DNA of 64,000 nt, taken from the NCBI GenBank assembly GCA_040285855.1, contig JAUFOQ010000001.1, forward strand, positions 62,001-126,000, in the 5' to 3' direction. The stretch is from Eukaryota sp. GEM-RC1. Its lineage: Eukaryota. Below are positions 14,172 through 28,300 of this stretch, one piece after another; the stretch's first letter is position 1; each line of letters starts with the position of its first letter. Made by a program: the position numbers and the translations under genes. The notes below the pieces were generated by a model. It saw only the letters and a list, made by a program, of their open reading frames with translations. It searched no databases and was not told the origin of the DNA.

Positions 14172-14968
14172 ATGATTGCTGCACTTGTATGTTTGTTGCT
14201 CTTATCGAACATGGTCTTCGGTGATCCTGTTGTAGAACACAGTCTTGATTCTACAAGACGATTTCAAATTGATTTCTGTTACGGAGAATGCTCAATGGAA
14301 GAGATAGCTGAGCATCTTTCTGGACTCAAAGATCACTCTGGACGCTGTGGACTCTCCACTTATTCTCAAGAATCTAAGCGGCAATGGGGGATATCCTTTC
14401 TAGAGCGTACCTATAAGTACAATAGCCAACAAGAGTGGACTTATTCCTTGGCGAATACCCCAAAAAGAATGAGACAGCTACTTGCTCACACAAGTCGTCA
14501 ACGCGTTGAACTTGGAGTCAGACTTAAACCATGTGACAATTTCTTTGACGAACTCAAAATAACTGGAACAGCAGCGGTGGTTCTTGGCATTGGTGCAATT
14601 GTAGTAACCTCTAAAGGTATCTTTGCACCAAAGATCAAAGGAATATTATGGCCCCTTGTTAAACTCAATCCCATCCCTGTTCATGCTCATGACGCAGCCC
14701 AAAATTCTGTTTGTCACTGGTTCAACTCTATGTTACCAGTTGGAATGGACATGGTACTTGGTTACACATCTGATACCTATAACGACCAGAACGCATGGTA
14801 TGTTAGGTTAGCGATGCCAGATTCTCCTACCGCCAATACTGGTCGAGCATTTCAAATGATTTTCCGTGAAGTGGAGCATGTTAGATCCAAAAAGGCGAGG
14901 TTACGTGTGTGCAGTACACTCCTCACCATGAACCTCAGTGCTTTGAGTCTGAACCTGTTGTATGTTAA
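14172..14968 (+). CDS. Secreted Cys-containing protein, paralog A1 (unknown family); 1-nt slip in the A-run at 14889-14893
   Basis: Signal peptide MIAALVCLLLLSNMVFG; collinear with 18106-18900; adding one A restores GEVTCVQYTPHHEPQCFESEPVVC* as in the paralog. Confidence 0.8.
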
Positions 14969-15275
14969 AGTCTCCTATCAAAACATATGTGAATATATAA
15001 TTGGATTTCTCGTTCTTCATTTGAGAACATGTACGATGCAGTCATAAGTCATCATATATAGTTGTTCAGTACACAAACTGGAATTCCACTGAAAGAGCAA
15101 CACTACCTCCAAAAAGACATCACCATTGGAATGAACGAAATGTGTTGGTGATGTATTCAACAGTCGAGTGAAGGTCTGATGAAAGGAAAGCGAATGACAC
15201 GTATCTGACCAACAATGAAGAGTCATTGAGAGTCTTTAACCACTCATGAACTTCATTTTCCCCATTCCTTTCGAT

Positions 15276-15521
15276 ATGCTCGCTCTTTTTTCCATTTTCT
15301 TCCTTCTTTTCATTCTACAGGAGCAGAATGCTGACGCTCCAGAGTGCTTCATGGTGTTAGACAACAGATCTGACAAACCTATCCGATTGGTGCGGGCAGT
15401 TGATGAGGTTCAATATTGCCAATATACTTCGAGTATAATCATTTCGTTCTCTTGTTTCACAGTTATGTATTGTTTTCCAAGAAAAACCGGTTTTGCTGAT
15501 GTCTTTTGTGCTTACTTGTAG
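15276..15521 (+). pseudogene. Small secreted protein paralog B1, truncated or rearranged
   Basis: Signal peptide MLALFSIFFLLFILQ, then CFMVLDNRSDKPIRLVRA matches 16283 onwards; similarity stops after ~15400. Confidence 0.55.
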
Positions 15522-16282
15522 TGGTAATTGTTTTATCAGAATTGTTTCTAGTTGTTGTCATGGTCTCACAATTCAAAAAGAACTGTTCGTATACTATTAC
15601 AGATAGAGAATTCATTCAGTAACTGTAATAACAAATGAGATACAAATCCTTTACATTTTGACTGTCATTTCTACTCAGATCTTCTCCAATGATATATAAC
15701 AACCTCATTATTTTCATTTAACCCAATAAAATCCAATGCACCTGCCATTAATTTATTTTCATCAAACATGGGTCTACATAATACTTTCTAATGACGAATC
15801 CTAAAGAAAAATTACTTATACCGATCTACTATTCAACAACTACAACAACTATCCAGCATTCATAGAATAAAGAACTCGAACTTCGTTTCACCCCTCGTCT
15901 ATCATATGTTTTGAGACCAATTACCATGCTAAAGAAGTAATGAATTGTCAAAAATTTTGCCCCAAACCTTCCAGTCTAGAAACATAGATGATGATGAAGG
16001 ATAGCAGGCAAATTTTGTATTGAAGCTACCCTACGAAAAGAAAGAAATAAAGAAAAAGAGGTGTAGAAAATGGTGTCGTGTTCGTTTCAGACATTTCTGA
16101 TGTTACATTATTGCAGTATTGAAAGTATTATAAAGTTGTAAATGTGATCCACATGAATCATATGCTTTTACACAAAGTGAAATCGTACGATCATCTCTAT
16201 TGACGACTTCCTTAGTCTTTTTTCCATTCTCCTTCTTTGTTTTCTACTACAAGATCACATTGTTTACGCTCAAGATTGCACG

Positions 16283-16619
16283 ATGGTGTTAGACAACACG
16301 TCTGACAAACCTATCCGATTGGTCCGAGCAATTTTGCCTACTGGTGGTAATCTTATATTCATATCTCATTAAAGGTTATTGGGAAGAGTATCCTGAAAGA
16401 GTAATTGTTCCTCGGGCGAGGGGCTTTGCTCGTTTTGGAGGATGTTCATCAGACACTATTCCCTGCTGGATCGACTATACCATGGATGGTGATGGTGGAA
16501 CGCTGTTAACTATGACATTCGCTCTAGCACCAAAGTTCTTCTTATGTACTCCAATCCCGAGATTCAGCCAATGCAAGGCATTGAATGAATGGACGTACCA
16601 CTTTGTCTTCAGTCATTGA
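16283..16619 (+). CDS. Small beta-sandwich protein B2, aegerolysin/Cry34(ET79)/actinoporin-like by motif
   Basis: Splicing a 28-nt intron (16347-16374) gives MVLDNTSDKPIRLVRAILPTGGYWEEYPERVIVPRARGFARFGG...IDYTMDG...TYHFVFSH; upstream in-frame sequence is signal-peptide-like, but the ATG seen in B1 is TTC here. Confidence 0.55.
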
Positions 16620-18105
16620 TCTGGGACTGTTTTGTGTATCTCAAAAACATGTGTATTTATGTTTGTTTCATATTCTCTTTTAATAAAAGACATTTATGTT
16701 TTTGAAGATCATCACACTCATGCTTTAAACTAAATTTTTGGTTTGTTTGTGGTGCAATAAATTCTATTGTCTACACAGCTTACACTAATTATAGTCGCTA
16801 ACACTAATTGGTGAATTTACACTAATTACTGTAAGTTGTGTAATCAAAATCAATAGAATGCTTAAACCTGACTACGTTTGGCACATCGTTAGACGTAGTG
16901 TGTGTCATAATAAGTGAATCATTGTCTATATTTTTAAAACACTCTGTGGTTGGGACAGCTATAATTATGCGAGATCATGTCACGATTCTATGCTTAAATA
17001 TGTATGTTTATGGACAGCACACATCAATCACGACTCTTAACATCGAATCCGAATTAGTCAAATGACACACGGAGAAATTACTCATATTTTTAACTGGTGT
17101 TTAGACACAGAATTCTCTTCTAGGATTAGGAACAAATGTAGCCTCAAAGCACGAAAGAAAAGATTATATCTACACTGCATTGTTGACTTCTTTGACATTG
17201 TATATGGGAGGTTTTAATCTTGAGGTTATCCATGAAGCCAAAAAGAGAATGAGAATTGAAGTGTAAAAACAAAGTGAGTATCCCATTCGTGTGTACTGTT
17301 GGTATGGTACGCATGGCGAGTATACTATATAATACTGTAATTAAGCAGTGATTAAGCCGAATTGACAAATCCGAATCGGGAATGTAAGTAGACTTAAAAA
17401 TAGCCAATACCTGTATAACTGTAATATATTAAATTCACAATCCACAAAAGATAACTCCAAACTACAGAAGACTCCTTTATTGGAAAACAAATCATCCAAA
17501 GTACTACTGTCAGGACATGTATGTTTTTCAACTGAGTACGATATGGCTGTGTGATTCAAGTGTGTGAAACGGAGAGACGACTAGGGGAACAGAAACTAGA
17601 AAGAGGAGAACGTCTGTAGATTTAGCGATGTTGATGAGAACTGTCATTACGTGTAGTTCTAGCAAAAAAGTGCAACAATGACTGCTAATAGTATATCGAG
17701 TCAAACTTTTCCCAACAATGTGGCTCTGTTGTGGTCAGAATTGATGTCTTTGGCTACCGAAGTTTGGCAGAATAACAGTGGTACTAACTATTAAGACTTC
17801 TATGATATATTCTTGGAAGTGATGAGATACCATCTAGCAAGAGCTTCTGAGATTCACGATAAGCAAGTATAAGGTGTTTAAGGAGATTATGTTCGCGGAA
17901 TTTGTTCGACGTTTTCAAGCTATGATCATATGGTGAAGGAGAACCTGTTGTTCAAGCTATTATTGTCAAGTAAAGTCAACTGTCACTTGAGTGGATCAAC
18001 GAGATTCTCAACGACACACGTGATGCTTACGTGTCATTCATTGTGTTTGAAGGAGTCACTGTTTATTTGTATTTTACCGATTTCAGACCAACCAACCTTC
18101 AGCCT

Positions 18106-18900
18106 ATGCTTGCTAAATTCGTCTGTTTGATACTCTTCTTGAACTTGGTCTTCGGTGATCCTATCGTAGAACACAGTCTTGACACTACTAGAAAGCATGA
18201 AATCGCATTCTGCTTCGGTGAGTGCTCAACTGAAGAGATACGAGATCATCTCACTGGACGTAAGAATCATGCGGGAAGATGTGGTCTTTCTACTTACAAA
18301 CAAGTCTCAAAGCGCCAATGGGGAATTTCCTATCACGAACGAACCTACAGGTACAGAGGTCAGCAGGAATGGACATATTCATTGGCCAAAACACCGACCG
18401 AAATGCTTCAGTTAGTTGGTCATGTTAGTTCACGTCGAGCAGAATTCGGAGTCCGTGTCGCCAAATGTGAAGATTTCTTTGATCGACTTGAAACAGCTGC
18501 ATATGCTGTAGCAGTTGCTCTTGGAATCAGTGCTATCGTGGTGTCCAAAGGTGCTCTAACTCCTGTGGTTAAAGGACTTTTCTGGAAAATGCCAGCTTTT
18601 GCTGATTTCGAAACTGATCTCTCTACACCCTCAAATTCTCGTTGTTACTGGTGGAATTCTAAGTTGCCTGTTGGTATGGAGTTAGTATTAGGGTACACAT
18701 CTGATACGTACAACGACAGAAACGCGTGGTATGTAAGATTTTCCATGCCTGATTCAATGGGAGCAAATACTGGAAGATCGTTTCAACTGATTTTCAGAGA
18801 GATCAGACATGTAGGAATTAAAAGAGGCGAGGTTACGTGTGTACAGTACACTTCTCACCATGAACCTCAGTGTTTTGAATCTAGACCAGCAGTCTGTTAA
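18106..18900 (+). CDS. Secreted Cys-containing protein, paralog A2 (unknown family)
   Basis: ATG 18106, signal peptide MLAKFVCLILFLNLVFG; eight Cys positions shared with A1; central hydrophobic segment AAYAVAVALGISAIVVSKGAL. Confidence 0.85.
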   Translation: MLAKFVCLILFLNLVFGDPIVEHSLDTTRKHEIAFCFGECSTEEIRDHLTGRKNHAGRCGLSTYKQVSKRQWGISYHERTYRYRGQQEWTYSLAKTPTEMLQLVGHVSSRRAEFGVRVAKCEDFFDRLETAAYAVAVALGISAIVVSKGALTPVVKGLFWKMPAFADFETDLSTPSNSRCYWWNSKLPVGMELVLGYTSDTYNDRNAWYVRFSMPDSMGANTGRSFQLIFREIRHVGIKRGEVTCVQYTSHHEPQCFESRPAVC

Positions 18901-19229
18901 ATTGTATAAATGTAAAGATATATAAATGGCAATGTGTATATCCATTCGAAAGTGACGGCATCACATGTAACAGGACAATCGTCTATAACAATTATCGTAT
19001 TTGTATTTGTTGAGACATTAACACTGTATTTGTGTCCATAATATTTCACGGAAACTACAGACCCACATATATGAAAATCAATAACATACAATACGGTGTT
19101 ATGAGTTAATGAGAAGTGGTATTTGTTTTAGTTGTAAACTCTGTTCCTGAGCGTATACAGTCTGTTTTGTGGAGTTTGGTTCGGCAAAGACCACGACTGA
19201 AAAAAGAATTGCTGCTACTTTTGCTTTTG

Positions 19230-19380
19230 GTTTTAAAGGTTGGACAAGTTCACTGAGGTTGGGGATCCAGTCTCTTAGGTAGTTTATAGAGCCACAGAAG
19301 GATCTGAGCTCTCCAATGGTTGAGGGAATCGGAAGTTCATTTATTGCTTTGATCCTGTCAGGATCAATAGATCTTTTCAA
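19230..19380 (-). mobile_element. Ty3/gypsy pol remnant (RT thumb/connection region)
   Basis: IDPDRIKAINELPIPSTIGELRSFCGSINYLRDWIPNLSELVQPL matches the gypsy P-x-T-x-x-E-L-R-S-F-L-G-x-x-N-Y-x-R-x-F-I-P-N pattern. Confidence 0.75.
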
Positions 19381-19652
19381 TGATGACTGTCATTTTAGAC
19401 TTTTCTTGTTCCCTTGCTAAGAAGATTTACCCTTATACAGTCACAATGATTCGTCGTTTCATTTGACAACTCTATTCGTGATTCATTATTGTATGTCAGT
19501 TTCACAGGGAAATAAACAATTTCATTTTCGTTGAATACACCGACCCATCAACAGGAAAAGCGCGTCTTTTAGGATCACAACTTTTTGCGTGCCACACTGC
19601 AGTAGCTAAAAGTTGGTCTAAAACTCACTTTCCTTTCACATTCCTGTACAAA

Positions 19653-21840
19653 ATGGATTCTGCCAGTCTTTTGGAATCAAGTCAAACAGGTAGTACAAAG
19701 AATGCTACTGAAGCGCCCAAGTACCATAATATGACATCACTCAAACCACATCGACGCCGTAACTTCATGACAGCTTTGTTCGTCATTGCGGTACTTGTTG
19801 TCCTTGGTCTGCTACAGAATCTTTCCGACGAAACGTATCCTACTCCTCTCCACGAACAGTTCGATTCAGTTGTTCGTGCTATAAGACAACTAGACAGTTC
19901 TTCCTTCCGGATACACCCCTTAACTGTGTCACATATGGAAACCAAACTGCATGACTTTATCGTTTCTACCTTAAAGAACCAGTCCATATATACTGCTCCT
20001 ACGGGGGAGGAAATCCGTTTAAGAACGCTCTATATAGAACTATCCAACCGCTTCCAAATATCTTTTACATTGTCCCGAAGGTTGTCCACCGATTTCAGGA
20101 TCACGGTCCATTTTGATCATGATAATAAGGCAGTTGTGGTAGAGGCCTTTCAAGTTCTGAACTCTGCTTTCAACAGTTCCATCACAATTACAGTACCTAG
20201 AGACAGTATCGCTTACCGTGAACAAGCTATTTCTGATTTCTGTCGAAATCGTCTCATTGAATTCCCATCGATAATTGAAGAGACCAACATTTATGTACAT
20301 TTTGACAAAATCAATTTATACCTTATTCGACTAATTAGTGGAACTTATACTGAAGTTCACACTTTCAAAATTGATTATATTTTGATTGACCAATCTGCTG
20401 TTGTAGCTCAACTGGATATGTACTATAAGAAGCTGATTCAGTTTCAGTCTGAGAAGGGTTTCTTGTGCATTGAAGGGACCAATGTTTATAATTCATCTTC
20501 ACACCGAGAACTTGCTCTGACAAAGTTTGTTCAACAATACATTGATGAAGATCAGCTCGACGTACATCTGAAGCCACATGGTGAACTCTGGTTTTTGACA
20601 ATGACGATGTATGATGTTGAGAGAAGTTATGTGCTGGAGGATGTTTCATTTCGCGATGAGTTTCTATCGGATGTCACTTCTCGTGTTAAGCTAGGATTGG
20701 GATCTGTAGCCATATTAACAAAACAGCGCCTCTTCATCTTTGATGCAAGTGGTCAAATTAGGACAGCTGATGTAGTCAATCATTTCTATCATAAATTGGT
20801 ACGAGATGTTGCATTGGGAGACTATCACATCATTGTGTTAACGGAAGATCATGAAGTGCACTGCTATGGACCAAATGATTCTGGTTTGTTAACCTTAAAA
20901 CTTTTAACTTCAGGCCAGTTGGGAATTGAAGATCGAAACACGCGTTATGCTAACCCTGACTTTCGTAATGAGAGAGTGATATCTGTCTACGCTGGTGGAC
21001 TTTCATCTGGGGCAATCACTTCAACAGGAGCTCACTGGGTTTGGGGATCGAACGACAAACAGAAACTATCAGACAATCATGGTGAAGTGATTGATCACCC
21101 TACAAGATTTGCCTTTGATTCAAGTAACTCTTACTCAATCTCTTTCGGTACTGATCACACTCTGATATTAACAAGTTTCACAGATGGTATAGGAGGACGA
21201 GTGTACAGCATGGGATGTATGTTTACTGATGAAAGACACTTACGCAAGCGAACAAGTACGGACAACTAGGGACTGGTGGAACTAGTGGTAATCATGGGTG
21301 GGTTCGAACAAGTGAAGATGAACTTGTAGGAATTGACAAAATTCTAGCAGGAAATCAAGTTTCATTTGCTTTGCAAGTTTTGGCCGACAATCGCCTTTAT
21401 TCTTGGGGTATGTTACATCTTTTGGTTAAATGTAGGTCGAGGGAAGAATGGAATGTTGTTTTCCGGAAATGAAGATGATCACCATTGTGCTTCAATAGTA
21501 TTTGTTGGAACCAATCGCTTCTAGTGCAAGTGTTTCCATTATTGGACGTGTTTTTGGTGATACTGACGGTTTAACGCAGTTTATCGGCGTTGGAGAAAAC
21601 TCCAATAATGAGTTGTTAACTGGTGACACTGATGAAACCTACGTTAATAGTGTAGATGTCATTACTGATCGAATCATTTCTATAACAAGTGTTAGGAATA
21701 ACATTGTTGGTCTTCATTTTGATCGAATTTCAAAGAAGACAACTCCAGTTGCTTGGGGTCAGTGTCTTGAAAATATTCTTGTGGGTTGCGATGGTATTTC
21801 TACAATTAATCCTGTTCCCTTGGGATGTGTTAATTACTGA
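19653..21840 (+). CDS. Type II membrane protein with C-terminal RCC1/BLIP-II repeats
   Basis: N-terminal TM (FMTALFVIAVLVVLGLL); RCC1 motifs VALGDYHIIVL, YGPNDSGQLG, WVWGSNDKQKL, ISFGTDHTLIL, MGSNKYGQLG restored by introns 20884-20913, 21217-21248 and 21408-21435; one 1-nt slip near 21500. Confidence 0.8.
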
Positions 21841-22087
21841 GTGGAAAGTTTATGTGCATATAATATAGTAAACTGTGTTATGGTGGCAATGTATACAAAT
21901 GGAGTTTGTTTTAAACATAGCTGTCCATGACACCACTTACCTAACTGTCATGACGTAATGGTGTCATGACACTCATTACATTATTACAACCAAAGAGAAA
22001 ATCCTCTTTCATCCTCTTGTTGAAAGGTCTACATGTAACACCTTAGTAACTCATGTTTTATTGTCCATGCTAATCTTACAAATGACA

Positions 22088-23990
22088 CTACTCGTTGTTG
22101 TTGGGTCTTTTGGAGAGTGGTATAAGCCTCTCAACTCCAGAAGTATCCTCTTCCAGTCTTCGTGTCTGACTCGAGCTTAATCTAGACGACAATACAATAA
22201 TGTCTTCTTCATCTTCTTCATCTTCGAGATTGACCTCTACTACTTCATTTCTATAGATACTCTGGAGATCCTCTTGGTCAAATGTTGCTTCAATTCCAAT
22301 CCTACTATCAGCCCATCTGTCTGTCTCTAAAAAAACTTGCGACATTGATGCTTCCAATATAGAGTTAAGGTCCTTCATTGATGTAAGTGATGGCTCTCTT
22401 GAAAGTAAAGTGGTGTTGAAATACACGTTCATTATCAATTCTAGATTTGATTCAGTTAAACTCATTCTTCGATCAGTCAACTGAAAATCAAGAGCTGACC
22501 AGTACTGCTCAGTTATGGACGCACTTGAGGAAGCTTGGGTTACACGGCGAGCCACCAATGACAAAGTAGGATACTCGTCGACTCCGTTCGAATACCACCA
22601 CTGGTGAGGTGGTTTTACAAATGACTCCTCTTCAAAAACGTCTTCAATGGAAAATAGATCAAATTCATCACTCAATGTTTTTGAGAATGTACCAAACTTC
22701 TTAAAGAATTCTTTCAATGGTCTCATCAATTCTGGGTCATTGACAAAATTGGAATTATACTTTCTTAAAGCGGGATTAAGCAATCTCGCGATTAAAAGTG
22801 AATCGTTAAAGACGTAATCCAGTCTCTTTAAATATAATGTATCCATTACTTCAATCCTAGCATCTAATTCTTCAACTGAAATTTGTTGATTTACTGAACG
22901 GTGAATGCGTTTAATCAATCCTCGAACAACACCCATTCCAAAATGAATGAATGAAACAAAACCTGAAGAACACTTATCAGCCATTCTTATCAGAGCAAGA
23001 ATAGGACTGCAAATGGCAACAAATACTTCACAATTGTGCCAAAACAATTCGTTGTCCATCACAAGTGATTTGGATTCCAAGAACTGGGATCGCTTAGGAA
23101 GATTTCTTGTATTTCGTATCTTGTTCTCAAACAATTGTAGTTGTACCACCTGAATCATGTACTTTCTGTTTTCAAGAATTCTTTTTAAGGTGATTAAAAA
23201 GTAAGCAATGCGTGTAACGGGATATGATTTCAGCTTGTAACCACCCAAGTCTTTAAGCCCCTGTGAAATTTGACTATTATTCTTAAATGTTCTGAGCAAC
23301 AGTTTTGTTGGAGCAATCAGTTCTTCAACCCAATCGACTTTTAAGAAGTCCTTAAGTAGCAAATTTAATGAGTGCAGAGAACATTTTGAACTGAGTGTAA
23401 TACAGTCCAAATCTGTCACAATTTTTTTTACTGCTGCATGATTGACATAAGCGCCATCAAGGGTAATCCAAGTAATTTTGAAGCACAATTCATTAAGATC
23501 AGCTAAAGTCTTTTCTGACGGTTTGCTAGTGAAATCTTCTACAATTTGGTGCTTTGTCTCCATTGAAGCAACTTTGTGGATCGCACTCTTCATTATGGAT
23601 CCCATGTGATTAGCATCGGCTGATTCTCCAGCGGTGGGAACAGATGCCAGAGCAAAAGCTATTCCATTAGACATAACAATGACATTATGTCTTGGGTCAC
23701 CCTTAGTTGAGTAACCATCAATACTCAACTCAAAAGAGTATCTTGCCAAATTGGGCAACACTTTTTTCGAAACCATTTCATCCATCTGTGTTTGTAAATG
23801 TGGTAGACACGTCTCAGTTGCTGTGTGCCGAGAAGGGCCAGTGTACTCTGGAGACAGTTTTTGGCGTGAACTAGTTGCGCAAAACGCGAGAGACAGTTCT
23901 TCCAAAGGGGTTGGTCGAATATCTGCAATGGGAGACCTAGACAAACAATTGCATGAGTAAAGGTATTGTTCATTTCTTGTTCTAGAAGAT
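22088..23990 (-). mobile_element. hAT-family transposase (DUF659-like core plus hAT dimerization domain), 5' part frameshifted or missing
   Basis: LSIDGYS (first catalytic D), ITLDGA, CSLHSLNL (CxxH), VTR, QWWYSNG..YPTLSLVARRV...SSSASITEQYWSAL; the preceding frame supplies AIVCLGLPLQIFDQPLW; GTCATGAC repeats at ~21920-21970 may be subterminal. Confidence 0.85.
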
Positions 23991-25388
23991 CTGTGGAAAT
24001 GGTTTATATATATAATATCAATTTCATATTCTCATGTTTGCTTCTTTACTTTTCTCGAAATTGTCACATCACATATCTAATATCAAAGAAATAATCAAAT
24101 TAATTCGATATGAACAGTATTAATTGGATACGATTTATTTTGAACTTGACTTACTAGTAAATGCTGCTTTGGTTCAATGGTATTGATTCCTAGATTTAAA
24201 CTATTGTTTTTATTTGAAATACTAACTGTGGAACTCACTTTACTCATTTCAGCTACCACAGTTCCTTACCCAGAATATTAGCTCTACATGATGAACCAAT
24301 CTCAACAAACAAAGAATAAATCTGTGACAAATTCAGCACTTTGTGTCTCCATAAGCAGTTGCTTAGAGTAGAATGTACTCAACTTTAACGTGGCACATGC
24401 TGACAAACAGCTGGGTGACGGCAGTAATGATTGAACATTTTCTAACATCTTTGTGATACCGTTTGGCTACAAAGGGTAGGGAAAAGATGTTTATAAATTA
24501 AATAATGTGATCTTGTAACACTTCACTAACACCTGTGGCTAACATTTGAAATCTTTGAACTGCTGTTGTTCCTGATTACATCACACAAGACAGCGAGCGC
24601 GTCGTCGGTCAAAGCATGTTATGAGAGTAAGCTCTTTGAACTCGCGGTGTCGTCAGCTTAAAGCTCAGGAATTAAACTCTTACTGTAAGTGTGTTACGCC
24701 ATGACCAAGAATAAATTTGTCATACGCGTATGGGCGTATGGACGTATGGGGGTCTATTCGTGTATGGCAAACAATGGCGCAACACTACTCTTACATAGAT
24801 TTACCCTACCAAACACAAATCTACGTAACTCTTTGCCAGATTCGTATATTTTTTGTTATTGATCGGTCAAACAGGTTACTTTCAAGTCATCATAACTAAA
24901 AGGAAACTTCAGCACTACCTGACAACATTAGAAATCAGTAGCGTCCAGAGCTTTTCATAAAGAAGTATGTTTAGAGAAACACAATCATCATCACCTCATA
25001 TTTTAGCACTCTAAATCTGGTAAGCCATCGACTAAAAAGGACAAATCAACACAACTTTGGCACTTGAAATGTCCCAATTTGTTTACGTTATTGTTCAAAA
25101 TACTCTTCAGAATTCCACGAGTTTCTGAAGACTTGCGTTGACCAGGAATTGAAATCCATAGACCAAAAATTTGATCACAATCCCACAAATCCACTATGGA
25201 TCCAACTTCTGAACTTCCCTCTGAAGCTGCCTTTACTGATAAAATCGTCCACTGTGTATGTCGAAAATGATCATCTTAAACCACAGGAATCTCTCCCTTT
25301 GCCTTCCTCATCCCACTGCCCTTCAGACCACCCACGATTTCAGCAGTCGTTGCTGGCCCTAGTCCATCTTCATCTGTTGAGAAGTCTT

Positions 25389-28300
25389 ATGAAGTCATCT
25401 GTGTCTACTGAACCTAATCGAGACTTACTCAGTTTGCAGCAGCAACTACCTACATTCTTTCAGAAAGTTGGCTGTGTCAGCAATCGCTTTTTCGAATCTT
25501 CTCTATTAGCAGTCAAAATGTTTGTTGAATCAAATACTTTTCAAGTGGTTCCTGAAGATCTGTCTGAAATATGCTCATTTGCTTCTTTCTTTGGAGCAGA
25601 GGATAAACCTGTTTTCTTGCACGTCGACGGGATTTTCTATGAAGAAGAATTTCTCAAATATTCTCACATAATAACAGGATTAGAGTTGACATTACGACAC
25701 CGCAACTATTTCGAGTTCCTCCACAAGTATACATTGTTGTATCCACTTCTTAAGCAACTTCATGTGTATGTTAAGTCCTCTATTTCTCCGATCATGTTCG
25801 AACCACTCAAATTCAACACTGTATTGACAAGTATCATTCTGGATAGACGCCGTATAAGAGAGAAAGGTGCTAAAGCCTTAGCGGAAGTGTTAAAAGTGAA
25901 CACTGTGTTGACAAATATTGGTTTGGCAACCAACCATATAGATGATGAAGGTGCTCATGCTTTGGCAGTTGCATTGAAGGTCAATACCACATTGAGAAGC
26001 CTCAATCTGGCAAATATCTATATTGGAAATGATGGTGCTAAAGCTTTGGCAGATGCATTAAGATTTAATACTACATTGGCAAGCATTAATCTTTGGGGAA
26101 ATTTTATTTCTGATGAAAGCATTAAAGCTTTGGCAGAGGCGTTAAAAGTTAATACTTCAGTGACAAATTTTAATCTTCGCCATAACAGTTTTTCAGATGA
26201 AGGATTTATAGCTTTGGCAGAGGCGTTAAAAATCAATACTTCAGTGACAAGTATTGATCTGGGTCAAAACCCTGTTGGAATTGTAGGCGCTCAAGCTTTG
26301 GCAGATGCGTTGAAAGTTAATACCACATTGAGAAGCCTTGCTCTTTCCAACCACAAATATTCCAACGACTACTTATTTCCAAGTGTCAGTGTTTTGGCAA
26401 ATGCATTGAAAATCAACACTACTTTGACAAACATTGATCTAAGTCATATCGGTTTGCACGATTCAGATGTAAGATATTTGGCAGAGGCGTTAAAAGTAAA
26501 TACCTCTTTGAGAAGAATTGATCTGGAATGGAACCGTATTGGAGAGAAACGTGCTGAAGAATTAGCGGAGGCTTTGTTAGTTAACACTACAGTTAGGAGT
26601 ATTATTCTGTTGGACAATTCTTTTCAGGGTTTGGGTACAAAAATACCCCTATGACATCAACTTAGTACATTTCTACCCCTCTTCTAAATTTGGGGTTTTT
26701 TCCTACCCCTGTTCGTTTTTCACGTCTTTTCCTTTCGATACTCTTTTATATTTCTATATAAATACAATACTAAGGGAACATTGCTACTTCAACATATACA
26801 CAATCACTTTCTCCAGATAACTCATCATCTTCTGTTGAGGTGTATTCACTGTCATTCCAGTCGTGGTCACCATCACTAGTATCAACACCGTCATAGAAGC
26901 ACACGTTTTGGAAGTCACCTGCTTTTAAAGCATTAGAAGTCAATCTAAGTGCGGGTTTGACCTGTTTCTTCCCTTGTTGTTCACCTGCTACAAACCTTTT
27001 GTTTTTTGGTCTTCCTCTTCCAACCACTACTTTTGGTGGTGTAATGTCAGATTCTTCCAACTCCATTGTTCCACACAGAAAGCATTCCTTCGTTGTACGT
27101 TCTTTTGTAGTTCTCTACTAGGTAGTAACTATCTACTGATGACACGATGTTTTGACCTAAGGCAAACAAAGCAGCAAATCCATGGCTGCATGGATATCCA
27201 TTAGCTTGCCATAGATTACAATCACACGTTCTAGCACGATCGTTGACAATAAATGCCTTACAACCAGCAAGAACTTGCACCAGTACATCTTTTCCCTTTT
27301 GACAACAACAGTAGTCAGGCTTTTAGCCTGGTATAATTCTGGCTTAATTCGATTCCACACATTGTCACAGATGATGTTATTCATATCATTTGCTTCAATC
27401 AATCGTTTCTCATACCACACAGACAATTTGTCAACAATAGCATTAATCATACGCACTACAGGTAACCCTCTGATACCGAGGAACCATGCATTCAAACTTT
27501 CAATCGCATTCGATGTTAAATGTCCGTATCTTAATCCAGGAAAGTGTACCGTGGTCCAATGTTCTAGCCCAGCCAATACAAGTTTATCATATGTTTTTGT
27601 TGAATTCTTACGAATTTCAGCAAGTGCTGCATTTAAATCTTCAACATTTTGAGCTCTAGCAGCTTTCCAAACAAGTGATGTAAAGCGAGCTCCCACGTTC
27701 TTAGTTAAATGTCGAAGACAGTAAGAATGATTTGATTCAGGATACACCTGACGCACAGCCTCCAATAACCCCTTTTCTCTGTCACTAATGAAAGTTGACA
27801 CATTATTTCCAAAAGAATCTTTAAATTGCTGTAAAAACCAGCGCCAATTATCCAAGTTTTCACCAGAAACAACAGCAAATCCCAAAGGGAACAGTTGACC
27901 TTGAGCATCAACCGTGGTAGAAGTCAACATCACTTGCCTGTATTTGTTGTGCAAATGAGTACCATCGATTTGCACCAGAGGTCTGCAATATTCAAAGCCT
28001 CTGATACAACTGTGTAAAGCGACAAACAGTCGATGAAATTGCCCATCATTTAGCTCCAATTTTACATTAGTTCCAGGATTAAGGTCCAAAAGTTTGTTTA
28101 AGTAAGCAGGAAGTTTGCGGAAGTTGTCTTCATGAGTGCCGAATAGTTCGTCTTTGCAGAGTTGCCGTACTCTTTTTACAGTATGACTAGGGAGGTTGGT
28201 GTTGCACACCTGCTTTAAGTCAATCGTTAAAGAACTAGCACTGATGTTCGGGTTGTGAAGTATTTTTGTACGTATCAATGTTAAGGAAGCAAGATATTCT

